64,000 nucleotides of DNA from Candidatus Ryanbacteria bacterium CG10_big_fil_rev_8_21_14_0_10_43_42 (GCA_002793915.1 PFEF01000005.1:7571-71570), one strand, 5' to 3'. Shown: positions 50,525 to 61,152, numbered from the stretch's first letter. Notes: generated from the sequence alone by a model not told the origin. Numbers and translations: made by a program.

Positions 50525-51295
50525 ATGAAATTAGTATCTTGGAATGTAAATGGTCTTCGAGCCGTGCATAAACGGGAAGAATTTTTGCCGTTTTTAAGCG
50601 CGATAAAACCGAACATACTCTGTTTGCAGGAAACAAAGGCGCATCCTGATCAATTGCCAAAGGAGCTCACGGAAATTCCCGGGTATTATGCTTACTTTGC
50701 ATCTTCTGAGGTAAAAAAAGGATATAGCGGAGTAGCTTTATATACAAAACGAGAGCCAAAACGTATAAATACAAAGTTGGGAATTTCCAAATTTGACGAA
50801 GAAGGACGTATGATAGAAGTGGAATATGACGACTTTATGTTGTTCACGGTATATTTTCCGAATGGCGGCCAGGGTTCGCACCGGATCGAATACAAACTTG
50901 AGTTCTATGATGCATTTCTTTCATACATAGAAAAATTACGGAAGAAAGGGAAAAATATTATTTTCTGTGGGGATGTAAATACGGCGCATGAAGCAATTGA
51001 TTTGGCGCGCCCGAAAGAAAACGAAAAAAATACCGGCTTTCTGCCAGAGGAACGCGCCTGGTTGGATGAGCTTGCGGCGCAGGGATACATTGATACATAT
51101 CGGCATTTTAATCCGGAAAAGACGGGGGCGTACACGTATTGGGATATGAAAACATTTGCTCGCGACCGCAATGTTGGCTGGCGGATCGATTATTTTTTTA
51201 CCCATGCCACCTATATGAAGAATGTAAAAAAAGCAGATATCCTCGCAAATATCTACGGCTCGGACCACTGTCCGGTGACATTAGAGCTTATATAA
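50525..51295 (+). CDS. xth: Exodeoxyribonuclease III / AP endonuclease
   Basis: [30 protein letters not shown]. Confidence 0.96.
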   Translation: MKLVSWNVNGLRAVHKREEFLPFLSAIKPNILCLQETKAHPDQLPKELTEIPGYYAYFASSEVKKGYSGVALYTKREPKRINTKLGISKFDEEGRMIEVEYDDFMLFTVYFPNGGQGSHRIEYKLEFYDAFLSYIEKLRKKGKNIIFCGDVNTAHEAIDLARPKENEKNTGFLPEERAWLDELAAQGYIDTYRHFNPEKTGAYTYWDMKTFARDRNVGWRIDYFFTHATYMKNVKKADILANIYGSDHCPVTLELI

Positions 51296-51410
51296 TTATT
51301 TTTTCTTTGTCATACATTTAAAAAGATATAATTTTGCATGTTATGGTGTTGGGGAGGTGATTTTTTGGAATCGCCTTTTTTATTTTCCTCATACGCGATA
51401 TATTTTATAT

Positions 51411-51893
51411 ATGAAAAATAATTTAAAAATAGCCACTTTCGGCGCGGGATGCTTTTGGGGTGTGGAGGCGGCATTTCGGAAAATAAAAGGTATAGAGGAT
51501 ACGGCTGTGGGATATATGGGCGGGAAGACGGAAAATCCGACATATGAGGATGTGTGCGGCAACACAACGGGACATGCCGAGGTGGTGCAAATAGAGTATG
51601 ATCCGGAGATTGTTTCTTATAAAGAGCTCTTGGACGTATTTTGGAAGATTCATAACCCCACAACGATGAATCGCCAGGGACCGGATATCGGTTCGCAGTA
51701 TCGATCGGTCATCTTTTTTCATACGCCGGAACAGGAAGCTATGGCGTGCGCATCAAAGCATGCACTTAGCGAATCTCATGCGTATGACGATCCGGTTGTA
51801 ACGGAGGTTGTGCCTGCGGACGTATTTTATAGGGCAGAGGAATACCATCAGCGTTATTTTGAAAAAAATGGCGGAGGAACGTGCCATATATAA
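51411..51893 (+). CDS. msrA: Peptide-methionine (S)-S-oxide reductase
   Basis: [28 protein letters not shown]. Confidence 0.97.
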   Translation: MKNNLKIATFGAGCFWGVEAAFRKIKGIEDTAVGYMGGKTENPTYEDVCGNTTGHAEVVQIEYDPEIVSYKELLDVFWKIHNPTTMNRQGPDIGSQYRSVIFFHTPEQEAMACASKHALSESHAYDDPVVTEVVPADVFYRAEEYHQRYFEKNGGGTCHI

Positions 51894-51974
51894 TATGTTC
51901 CATAATGGAGTGAAAATCCGGCCTTCCCGGTTTTTTTTATGCAGTTTTTTGGATAAATAGAGTATAGTAAATAT

Positions 51975-52712
51975 ATGAAAGGAAGTATTATTTTTGGCAT
52001 AAGTATAATTTTTTTATTTACGGGAATAAAAGGTGTTCAATTCTATAAACGGTTTCGCATTAGTAAAGATCTTGTTCAGAGCGCGAAGCCGTTTTCTTAT
52101 ACAAATCCTCTTTCTTTTAAAAAAATACTGATAGTAGGTGATAGTACGGCTGTGGGCGTGGGAGTATCCGCACCTGAACAATCCATTGCCGGAAGGATCC
52201 ATAAAGATTACCCGGAAATTTCCATAGAAAATATGGCTGTAAGCGGGCAAAGACTTTCCGATACATATGCTATTTTAAAGACCGTCACCGCTTCGTATGA
52301 CCTTATTCTCATACAGAGCGGTGCTAATGATATTTTATTTTTTACCGGTAGGGAGGATACTTTTCGTAAAGCGCGTCTTATGGTTATGGAAGCGAAAAAA
52401 CACACACAAACGGTTGTTTGGCTCACGTCTGGTAATATCGGTCTGGCACCTCTTTTCCCCCGGCCAATAGGTTGGTTGTATGAAATGCGTTCTCGAAACT
52501 TTTTGCGCGAATTTCAAATAATTGCTGACGATACAGATGTTTTATTTGTTGATGTGTATACGACAAAAGAACATGATGTATTCGGTAGGGATGTGGAAAG
52601 ATATTATGCGGCGGATACCCTGCATCTTTCCGGTGAAGGGTATGCCGTGTGGTATAATAGCATCATAGAAACATTGCGGGAATCAAACACTTTGCATGTT
52701 CTTGGGGAATAA
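51975..52712 (+). CDS. SGNH/GDSL hydrolase
   Basis: GDSTAVG, GAND, DTLH. Confidence 0.9.
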   Translation: MKGSIIFGISIIFLFTGIKGVQFYKRFRISKDLVQSAKPFSYTNPLSFKKILIVGDSTAVGVGVSAPEQSIAGRIHKDYPEISIENMAVSGQRLSDTYAILKTVTASYDLILIQSGANDILFFTGREDTFRKARLMVMEAKKHTQTVVWLTSGNIGLAPLFPRPIGWLYEMRSRNFLREFQIIADDTDVLFVDVYTTKEHDVFGRDVERYYAADTLHLSGEGYAVWYNSIIETLRESNTLHVLGE

Positions 52713-52735
52713 GTAGTTATAAGGCAATAACACAT

Positions 52736-53116
52736 ATGAGTATGTATCTTTTCGCTCGATGGTTTATAAATGCATTCGCCATTATGGCGGTGGCATACCT
52801 TCTTCCGGGCATTGAAATTTCGGGGATCTATATAGGACTTATAGTGTCTCTTATAATAGGTCTTTTAAATGCAGTAATACGTCCTATACTGGTTCTTCTT
52901 ACTCTCCCTATAACCATTATAACGTTGGGATTTTTTATATTGGTCATAAACGGACTTCTTTTTTGGCTTACAGCAAGTTTCATAGATGGTTTTACTGTTC
53001 ATGGATTTGTCCCTGCTGTTATAGGCTCACTACTTTTATCGGTCATTAGTTGGATGGGCAATAGAATTCTATTAGACATAAAGGACGATGGTAAAAAAGA
53101 CAATAAAATGTACTAA
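52736..53116 (+). CDS. YvlD / phage holin family 4 membrane protein
   Basis: GLLNAVIRPIL..LTLP..TLG.F.LVING. Confidence 0.88.
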   Translation: MSMYLFARWFINAFAIMAVAYLLPGIEISGIYIGLIVSLIIGLLNAVIRPILVLLTLPITIITLGFFILVINGLLFWLTASFIDGFTVHGFVPAVIGSLLLSVISWMGNRILLDIKDDGKKDNKMY

Positions 53117-53175
53117 AGTGTCTTTATAAGTCTTATAGATTTGACATTCGGACATGAGTCTCCTAGATTGGAATT

Positions 53176-53892
53176 ATGTCCGATATACAACAACGTTCTC
53201 TTTCTGAATTTTCTCTATCGCTCACATCCGCTCTTTATCGTGTTACTGATTTGTTAGCGGAAGAAGAACCTCTTCGCGAAGCACTTCGCAGGCATGGAAT
53301 GCATATTCTTGAACTCGCGTCAGCCATTGAGACAATTGAGGAGTTTGGTAAAAAATTAAAATCTATCGAATATATCTTACAATCTATATCTTCCATGAAA
53401 AACGCCCTCGCTGTAGCAAAAGAGGGAGGATATGTATCGAGAATAAATTTTACCGTACTTTTTGATGAATACGGACGATTGGAAACATATATAACCAAAC
53501 TTCGCATGCCCTTTTTACAAATGACTACAGGAGCCGAGAACACTGATATATCGGACAATATATTAAAGGACATAAAAGACAAATTTAATAAGGAACAATC
53601 TTCCGCTTCCGATCAGTATGGCAAAGATGAACCGTCTTACGAATCCTCCAAGCATACGCGTAAGAATTCCCGTGTTCCGTCGTCATCTATTAACGAACGG
53701 CATGAACGCATATTATTGTTTTTGCGGGAACAGGGATCGTGGATGAGTGTTTCGGATATAGCGGTACTTTATGGAGAAGGTGTGAGCGCAAAAACCATTC
53801 AGCGTGACCTTAATGATCTTCTTTCTCGGGGATTAATCATAGCTGAAGGGGAGCGAAGATGGCGTCGATATGCTATTATCCGGGAAACATAA
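53176..53892 (+). CDS. Helical-bundle protein with a C-terminal DeoR-like winged HTH
   Basis: ALYRVTD..EPLR N-domain; ERHERIL..VSDIA..VSAKTIQRDL..GERRWRRY. Confidence 0.8.
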   Translation: MSDIQQRSLSEFSLSLTSALYRVTDLLAEEEPLREALRRHGMHILELASAIETIEEFGKKLKSIEYILQSISSMKNALAVAKEGGYVSRINFTVLFDEYGRLETYITKLRMPFLQMTTGAENTDISDNILKDIKDKFNKEQSSASDQYGKDEPSYESSKHTRKNSRVPSSSINERHERILLFLREQGSWMSVSDIAVLYGEGVSAKTIQRDLNDLLSRGLIIAEGERRWRRYAIIRET

Positions 53893-53920
53893 TAGGGAGT
53901 CTGTATAAGCTAATGTGGCA

Positions 53921-54039
53921 TTGACGAAAGGGGCGATATTTCGTATACTGTACAGGATCCGCGAATTGTTTCTTGACTTGTCTTATCCACAGTTTTTAGG
54001 GCAAGTTCCTTTGGAAATAGAGGAAATTATTCTTATAAT
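53921..54039 (+). promoter_or_regulatory. Tandem sigma70 promoters flanking a DnaA-box-like TTATCCACA
   Basis: TTGACG-17-TATACT (53921-49), TTATCCACA (53983-91), TTGGAA-17-TATAAT (54011-39). Confidence 0.6.
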
Positions 54040-54417
54040 GGGTGTACCTTTCGCGTAAGCGATGTTGCGGTGAGCGGAATGTAGCGCTTTTTGTTTCTTT
54101 ACTATCCGTCTATACAATATATTAGCTTGAATGATGGTGGCATATTTTCACTTGAAATATATGTACATGTCGGTATCATTCAGGTCGATATGTTAGTCCG
54201 GAGAATGTAATCCGGTTCTGCAAGACTGAACATTAACAAATGAATAGTGAGCAAAAAGACGGCACAGAAATGTGTGAAGTTTTTTCATTTGTTATTCGAC
54301 AGAGTTATTTCACAAGTCGATTACATTATTAGTTCGGATGTGCGTGTTGTGCGTATGGTCGGTATGTGCAACATATTACACACATCCAAAAAAACATTAC
54401 TATTAGATTTTAAGCAT

Positions 54418-57400
54418 ATGAGTAGATATCAGAAGATGGTGCGAAAAGCCACTTCCGTATTTGTGAGCTTGACGACGACTATCTGGCTTGCCGGATTCGG
54501 TACACTTGTACCTTTTGCCGCTAACGCGCAATCGGTAGCGGATTTGCAGGCGCAGATTAACGCTCTCTTGGCGCAGATTACGGCGCTTCAAGCGCAGTTA
54601 GCAGCTGGCGGCGGATCAGTTTCCACCGGCGCTGTATCGTGTAACTTTACACGAAGTCTTACAATCGGAGTGCAGGGCGAAGATGTTCGTTGCTTACAGC
54701 AATACCTTAATGGCGCAGGCCACACGCTTGCTTCCAGCGGCGCTGGATCACCGGGAAGCGAGACCACATACTTCGGTCCCATTACCCGCGCGGCAGTATC
54801 AAGTTGGCAGGCGGCAAATGGCGTGAGTCCAACGGCAGGATATTTCGGTCCTATTTCGATGGCGAAATATAATGCGTTAATTGCGGCCATTCCTCCGGTA
54901 ACGGGTGGTGGTACCGGAACAGGCACGGGCACCGGAACAGGCACGGGCACAGGTACTACCGGAACGGGTATTACGGTAGGATCAGCATCCCAGCCGGCGG
55001 CAACGCTTGCGGTACAAAATGCTATCCACGTTCCATTTACCTCGTTTACCTTAACGGCATCGTCCGACGGTAACGTATTGGTAGATTCCATAACGGTGGA
55101 ACGAACGGGCTTGGCAAATGATGCCGCGTTTGCAGGAGTGGTTCTCTTAGATGAGAACATGATGCAAATTACGCAGAATCCAAAAACATTTAATTCTAAT
55201 CATCAGGCAATCTTGACCGATGATTTCACGGTTCCCGCCGGACAGACCAAGCGGTTTTATCTCGCAGGTAATATGGCGGCAAGTCTTACGGCATACGCAG
55301 GACAGGTGGCAAACCTTCGCTTGGTAGCGGTAAATTCAACCGCGCAGGTGAATGGCGCACTTCCTATAGAAGGAACGGGACACACTATCAACGCTTCCCT
55401 TTCCGTAGGTTCGGTAACGCTTACCCGCGGTACGAACGATCCAAATACGGGCGTTACGAAAGAAGTGGGAACAACGGGCTATACGTTTTCTTCCATAAAG
55501 GCAACAGCCGGATCCGCGGAAGATATGCTGGTCAAGTCCATTCGATGGAACCAGTCCGGATCAGCCTCCAAGGATGATTTGGAAAACGTTATAGTAGTTG
55601 ATACAAAAACAGGAAATGAATATACGCCGACGGTTTCTTCCGATGGCAAATACTACTCTGCCGATTTTGGTAGCGGTATTTCTATCAAGAAGGGAGAAAA
55701 TACGGAAGTATATATCAAGGGAGACATTAAGTCGGGTTCCGGTCGTACGGTAGACTTCGACTTATACCGCTATGATGACTTTGTATTCGAAGGTAAGACC
55801 TTTGGTTACAAGATTAAACCATCTTCAACCGAAACATCGGCTGACAACGATGACGACTCCGAATTCCAGGATTCACAACCACGTTATGATGCAAGTCAGG
55901 TTGAAATCGGCACGGGAAGTCTTCGCGTTGAGAAATCAAATGACGTGCAGGCAAGTAACGTTGCAAACGGTGCCGACGGCGTAGAACTTGGTTCGTTCAA
56001 GTTTGATGTAGACGGCGAGGCAATTAGCTTCACGCAGTGGGTTCTTACGATCGCAACAACCGATGCCGACAGTGGTGGTGAGAACAGTGTTCTTACCAAC
56101 ATCACGGTATACGACTCAAACGGTAATGCTGTAGCTGGCCCTACTGATCCAAATTCAGCAGGAAGCGCAGTAACCATTACCGATTCCATAACGGTACCGG
56201 TGGGTGATAATATCTACACGGTGCGCGGTGACTTAAATAACAACTGGCAAAACAACGATACGATTATTGTTTCCTTTACCCCATCTAGCGCATTATCGCA
56301 GGTAACGGGTGATACAACAGGAAACACTATCACTCCAACGCCTTCCACGGCTGTTTCGGCAAACGTGCAGACAATTAAGGCGGGAGGTCTTGTTGTAACG
56401 CCTTCAACTTCGCTCGCAAGCCAGACCCTTATCGAAGGATCAAATGGCGTTGAGCTCGGACGATTCGTTCTTGATGGAACCGCTTCCGGTGAAGACATTA
56501 AGATTACGGTCGTGAAGATTCTTGGTGATGTAACAGGTGCAGACATCAACGATTTCGTAAGTTTGCAATTGTTTGACGGCACAACGGCTTTGAACACCGG
56601 TTCAAATGTTCTCCAGCCGGCGGCAACTGCGGATGGCACCGACCTCGTCCTCTCCTTCACACTTGATTCTCCGGGACTTATTATTCCAAAGGGAAGCACA
56701 AAGATTATTTCCCTGAAGGGTAATATTACCACCGCGGCAAACGATGGCGATCAGGCCAAATTTGACTTCTCGGCAAGCGTTTCCGATGGTGACTGGGGTA
56801 CATCCGGTGTAGATTCCGGGCAGGATATTGTCGAAACCTTCTCAACGGCGGCAGGTGCAACAATCACCACGCAATCAGGTGGCGGTTGGAGCGTTTCAGC
56901 GGCACCTTCCAAGCCAACAGAGAAATGGGTAACGGCGGGAGCAACGGGTGTAACATTGAACGTACTTCGTTTCAACTCAACGTCTGAAGAATTTGCTCTT
57001 ACCGATCTTCGCTTACAGATCGACACAACGGGTTCATCTACGGGTGCCGACTTCACGAAGATCTATCTCTATGATGGAAGTACGCTCTTGCAGTCCAAGA
57101 CACCTGCCTTTACGAATGGCGTAGAAGACTTTACTTTCCCAACAACGGGAACAGGGGCCTTTGTTATTCCGAAAGATGATTTCAACGAGCTTACTATCAA
57201 GGCTGATCTCGCAACCATTGGCGCATCCCAGCCAGGTACGGCAGGACAGCTTGTGGGTGTTGATTACGATGGTGCTAATTCAACAAAGAATAAGGCACAG
57301 GGTAAGGCATCCGGAACAAGTAAGCATTCCAGTACGGCATCTGACGTAACCGGAAACGGTGTTGTCTACTTCCGTTCGGTACCAACCATTGAACGGGTAA

Positions 57401-58053
57401 GTCTTCCACAAACAACGCTTACATCTGGTAATCATGTGCTTTATCGGTTCAAGATAACGGCAGACCCAGCATATGATGTTGCATTGCATAAAGTAGCCTT
57501 TAGTGTTGCAACAACCGGTCCGGCAACTATGGCTTTCTCCGGTTCTCCAGCAAACTTCACGCTTTGGAACACAACTGATAACAAGAGAGTATCAGCGGCG
57601 ACAGGTACAACAAATGCGATCTATGACGACATTAACTACTACAATGCAAACAGTCAGTTAATTGTTCGTATTCTCGCAGATACCACCGATTATTCCAGCG
57701 CATGGGTAACTATTCCGGCAGGTCAGACACATACCTTTGATCTTCGCGCGGATATTATCAGTGATGGTTCTGGTGATTCGGTGTCTACGAAACTCCTTGG
57801 TGATGATGCGCGGGACCCAAGACTTTCGTTAACGGGATCGGCTGCCGTTACCATGCAGACTGTTGCTGCGATAGACGATGGTCATAATGCGGGTGGAACC
57901 TCGAACGTTGCTTCCAGTTCCAACTTCATATGGTCAGACTTCTCTACTGACGCAACGACGACGCATGCTATAACCACGCATGACTGGATGAACGGCTTCA
58001 AAGTGCCGGGACTCCTCTCAACGGGTCTTGACTCATCGACATTGTCGAACTAG
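54418..58053 (+). CDS. Large secreted S-layer-like protein with an N-terminal peptidoglycan-binding domain
   Basis: Signal ending AANAQ, coiled coil, FTRSLTIG..DVRCLQQYLN..YFGPITRAAV..Q; (GT)n linker; Thr/Ser/Gly/Asp-rich beta domains; start refined from 54247. Confidence 0.85.
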   Translation: MSRYQKMVRKATSVFVSLTTTIWLAGFGTLVPFAANAQSVADLQAQINALLAQITALQAQLAAGGGSVSTGAVSCNFTRSLTIGVQGEDVRCLQQYLNGAGHTLASSGAGSPGSETTYFGPITRAAVSSWQAANGVSPTAGYFGPISMAKYNALIAAIPPVTGGGTGTGTGTGTGTGTGTTGTGITVGSASQPAATLAVQNAIHVPFTSFTLTASSDGNVLVDSITVERTGLANDAAFAGVVLLDENMMQITQNPKTFNSNHQAILTDDFTVPAGQTKRFYLAGNMAASLTAYAGQVANLRLVAVNSTAQVNGALPIEGTGHTINASLSVGSVTLTRGTNDPNTGVTKEVGTTGYTFSSIKATAGSAEDMLVKSIRWNQSGSASKDDLENVIVVDTKTGNEYTPTVSSDGKYYSADFGSGISIKKGENTEVYIKGDIKSGSGRTVDFDLYRYDDFVFEGKTFGYKIKPSSTETSADNDDDSEFQDSQPRYDASQVEIGTGSLRVEKSNDVQASNVANGADGVELGSFKFDVDGEAISFTQWVLTIATTDADSGGENSVLTNITVYDSNGNAVAGPTDPNSAGSAVTITDSITVPVGDNIYTVRGDLNNNWQNNDTIIVSFTPSSALSQVTGDTTGNTITPTPSTAVSANVQTIKAGGLVVTPSTSLASQTLIEGSNGVELGRFVLDGTASGEDIKITVVKILGDVTGADINDFVSLQLFDGTTALNTGSNVLQPAATADGTDLVLSFTLDSPGLIIPKGSTKIISLKGNITTAANDGDQAKFDFSASVSDGDWGTSGVDSGQDIVETFSTAAGATITTQSGGGWSVSAAPSKPTEKWVTAGATGVTLNVLRFNSTSEEFALTDLRLQIDTTGSSTGADFTKIYLYDGSTLLQSKTPAFTNGVEDFTFPTTGTGAFVIPKDDFNELTIKADLATIGASQPGTAGQLVGVDYDGANSTKNKAQGKASGTSKHSSTASDVTGNGVVYFRSVPTIERVSLPQTTLTSGNHVLYRFKITADPAYDVALHKVAFSVATTGPATMAFSGSPANFTLWNTTDNKRVSAATGTTNAIYDDINYYNANSQLIVRILADTTDYSSAWVTIPAGQTHTFDLRADIISDGSGDSVSTKLLGDDARDPRLSLTGSAAVTMQTVAAIDDGHNAGGTSNVASSSNFIWSDFSTDATTTHAITTHDWMNGFKVPGLLSTGLDSSTLSN

Positions 58054-58130
58054 TAGTCCCTCGATTTTACTCGGGATAAATCCTGAATCGGTCGAAGAAA
58101 AAAGTCCTAGATCCTTGTGCTAGGCAAGGT

Positions 58131-58161
58131 AAAACCCCCTCCCGTATTGGGAGGGGGTTTT
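58131..58161 (+). terminator. Intrinsic terminator
   Basis: AAAACCCCCTCCC-GTATT-GGGAGGGGGTTTT. Confidence 0.85.
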
Positions 58162-58219
58162 CGTTTATTTGGGTTTATTCATACTTTCTAATTTGTTTTT
58201 CTCGTGCTACTATATCCGC

Positions 58220-58948
58220 ATGAAAACAGAAATTAAAATTATTGGGGGCATTATTATTGCAGGACTTTTCGTCTGGGGCGGTATATTCTTTCTGGGAAAT
58301 AAAAACGCGGAAGTACCTGCTAATGGGGATGGTATATCGATGGAACTGCCACCCAAGCCATCCGGATATGATATTTTAAACAAGAATGACGTCATTATAG
58401 CAGAGATTCCGGAAGACAGGCGAGTGCAGTACGAAGATGAATTCGAAGAAACGCTTCAAACGATAACAGAACACCCTGATTCGTTCCTCGCATGGATGAA
58501 CTTGGCAACCATCAAGAATGCATTTGGGGATTATGAGGGTGCGGAAAAAGTATGGCTCTATGCAACCGAAATTTCGCCTAATCAGGGGAGATCTTTGGTG
58601 AACTTAGGTGATTTATACTGGAATAAGCTTAAGAATTATCCGCGCGCCGAATGGGCATATATAGAAGCAATTGATCGGGATCCGGTAAACGCGCGGGCAT
58701 ATCGTGATTTGGCCTCTTTGTACCAATTTTCCTATACGGAAAAAAAGGATATGGCCATTAATATACTACTGTTGGGAATAGAAAATAGTCCTGATAATGA
58801 GGTTGAATTTTTAGCGCTGGCAGGTCTTTGGGCTTGGGAAAATGGCGATATTACGGACGCTATAGGGTACTACGAGCGTTATTTGGAGTTAAATCCGGAT
58901 GACAATGTTGCGCGCGCGGATCTTGTAAAACTGCGGTCGTTGCGTTAA
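58220..58948 (+). CDS. Membrane-anchored TPR protein
   Basis: TM followed by TPR repeats (AWMNLA..GDYEGA, YYERYLELNP). Confidence 0.85.
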   Translation: MKTEIKIIGGIIIAGLFVWGGIFFLGNKNAEVPANGDGISMELPPKPSGYDILNKNDVIIAEIPEDRRVQYEDEFEETLQTITEHPDSFLAWMNLATIKNAFGDYEGAEKVWLYATEISPNQGRSLVNLGDLYWNKLKNYPRAEWAYIEAIDRDPVNARAYRDLASLYQFSYTEKKDMAINILLLGIENSPDNEVEFLALAGLWAWENGDITDAIGYYERYLELNPDDNVARADLVKLRSLR

Positions 58949-59060
58949 AAATTTCTAACAATCGGAAGTATAAAAAATCTGTGTACCACTTATACACAGG
59001 TTTTTTTTGACAACTATATACCTATATGGTCTAAGAGTATACCATAAAGTGTATTACTAG

Positions 59061-59828
59061 ATGAAATTAAAATATATGGAGAATGTATATATGCTTTTCT
59101 CGTGGAAGGACATACGGGTGGGATTAGTGGCATTTTTAGTGGCAGCAGTTTTCTTTGTCGCTATAAGTGTTTGGGCTACAACAATTGGCACTAATATTGA
59201 CGCAACGGGCACGCTCGGAGCGGCTACAAGTACGCCATGGGGCACGCTTGCCGTTGAACAGCGGGCTGATCAAGGTGAGCTAAAACCGGTATTTGTTGTA
59301 GGGGATTCCGGCACAAGTTCGCCGGCTATATTTGTATCGCAAAAAGGGGTGGTGAGTTTTGGTTCGTCGACACCAACAGCTACACTCCTTAATTTAGGAG
59401 ATGTGGCCATTGGGCGTAATGGATCAACGAATGATGTATATATTTCCGGCGGATTAGGTGTTGGGAATGCTACTACTACGGATGGAAATCTTGAAGTAAA
59501 CGGTCGGACGCTTACCGCGACTTTAGCAGTGGGTACCGGCAATGGTAATGTGGTAGACAGAATGGTGCATGGCACCTGTACGGTTAATCCGCCGAGTTTA
59601 TCTGCCGGAGATACGGGACATGCCGCTTGTACGGATGCCACAGGCGTTACGGCAAGTGACCGTGTTCTTACCGGCGTGGAAGGTTCTGCATGGCTTGATG
59701 ATGTGGTTATTACGGCGGCATCATCAACGGCGGCAGATACGATCAATTTTGTGTTCAAAAATACATCCACAACAACAATTCGTGATATCGCAAGTGGGGT
59801 TCATATTTATTACTTCGGCACACAATAA
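59061..59828 (+). CDS. Secreted Thr/Ser/Gly-rich surface protein
   Basis: Signal ending VWA-TTIG; ATSTP, SSTP, NATTT motifs. Confidence 0.75.
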   Translation: MKLKYMENVYMLFSWKDIRVGLVAFLVAAVFFVAISVWATTIGTNIDATGTLGAATSTPWGTLAVEQRADQGELKPVFVVGDSGTSSPAIFVSQKGVVSFGSSTPTATLLNLGDVAIGRNGSTNDVYISGGLGVGNATTTDGNLEVNGRTLTATLAVGTGNGNVVDRMVHGTCTVNPPSLSAGDTGHAACTDATGVTASDRVLTGVEGSAWLDDVVITAASSTAADTINFVFKNTSTTTIRDIASGVHIYYFGTQ

Positions 59829-59840
59829 TATACAACAAGT

Positions 59841-61142
59841 ATGATAATACAAGTACGTAATACTTTTGTTGGCACGCAAATTACGTGGTGGCTGGGGGCA
59901 GTGTTTTTAGTAGCGACTCTTTTTGGGGCGCGGTGGGCCGATGCGATAACAACAAGTCAGGACGTTACGCTTCAAGCCGCAACCGGCGGGGATGTTACCA
60001 TGATTTCGGGATCGTCATTCGATACGCTTACCACCAGTGGAAATTTCTTCACCTTTACATTATCAGGTGCACAATCTGTTACATTGCGTGATAGCGACAA
60101 ACATATAATGAAAACGAATGTGAGCGACCTAACGTTTACATGTAATGAGGGCAACTCCGAGCTTGTGATTTCAGCGTCAGATGCGGCAAGTATTCAGGTT
60201 TCAATAGAAGGGTTTTCCTGTGGAGGCGGTCCTGGAGGGGGTGGTTCCGGCGGCGGAAGTTCTTCCGGCAGCAGTTCATCTTCTACTACAGATACAACAT
60301 CTACCGCAACAACAGAAACAGCAGATGATTCCACAACAACTGTGGCGGATACTACAACAACAGACGATAGCCGATTAAGCGGTACGGGAACAGCAGCTGC
60401 ACTCGAAGCGGCCGGCTCTGACTCATCGCCGATAACTACTAGCAATAATATTTCAACGGCAGGCAGGTTTCCTGATATTCTTAAGCTTTCACGCGGACTT
60501 GATATAGGTTCTGAAGGGAATGATGTACGTTCTTTACAGGAAGCGCTTGCCAGTATGCCGGATTTGTATCCGGAAGGGATAGTATCGGGATATTACGGCT
60601 CTCTTACCCGAGCGGCAATAGCGGCGTTTCAGATGAAATATGGCGTTGTTAGTTCCGCCAATGATGCGGGGTATGGATACGTAGGACCAATGACGCGCGC
60701 AAAGCTGATAGAAGTATTCGGAGGGAGCGGTAGTGTCACTAGCGGCTCTATTACCTCTACCGGGCCGGTACTCAACTCATCATTTACGTTTACACGGGAG
60801 CTCCAGTTGGGGGACGAAAATAATGATGTTTTGCAATTACAAACATTTCTTGCGGGCGATGCATCTCTTTATCCGGAAGGGATAGTGTCAGGATACTATG
60901 GTTCACTTACCCAAGCGGCAGTGCGCCGGTTCCAGGCAAAGTACGGCATTAGCCAAGTGGGGCGTGTCGGACCGCAGACAATGGCAAAATTGAACGAGGT
61001 TATGGGATCGTCAGGAAACGCGCCCTCCACTACTAATGGGAGCACGGACGATACGGCGGAGGCGGCCGCACTAAAGAGTCAGATAGAACAACTGCAGGAC
61101 ATGATCGGCTCTCTAAACGCACAACTAGGAACAGATCAATAG
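59841..61142 (+). CDS. Secreted protein with two peptidoglycan-binding domains
   Basis: Two copies of L..G...DV..LQ..L..LYPEGIVSGYYGSLT.AA..FQ.KYG..VGP.T.AKL; G/S/T linker. Confidence 0.88.
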   Translation: MIIQVRNTFVGTQITWWLGAVFLVATLFGARWADAITTSQDVTLQAATGGDVTMISGSSFDTLTTSGNFFTFTLSGAQSVTLRDSDKHIMKTNVSDLTFTCNEGNSELVISASDAASIQVSIEGFSCGGGPGGGGSGGGSSSGSSSSSTTDTTSTATTETADDSTTTVADTTTTDDSRLSGTGTAAALEAAGSDSSPITTSNNISTAGRFPDILKLSRGLDIGSEGNDVRSLQEALASMPDLYPEGIVSGYYGSLTRAAIAAFQMKYGVVSSANDAGYGYVGPMTRAKLIEVFGGSGSVTSGSITSTGPVLNSSFTFTRELQLGDENNDVLQLQTFLAGDASLYPEGIVSGYYGSLTQAAVRRFQAKYGISQVGRVGPQTMAKLNEVMGSSGNAPSTTNGSTDDTAEAAALKSQIEQLQDMIGSLNAQLGTDQ

Positions 61143-61152
61143 AATATACGAG

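Noticed and set aside
52736-53116. Prophage lysis gene (holin)
   Set aside because: This family is commonly chromosomal (YvlD-like), and no endolysin or phage genes are nearby
54247-54417. N-terminal 57 codons of the large surface protein
   Set aside because: The signal peptide begins at the ATG at 54418; the upstream sequence looks like leader RNA
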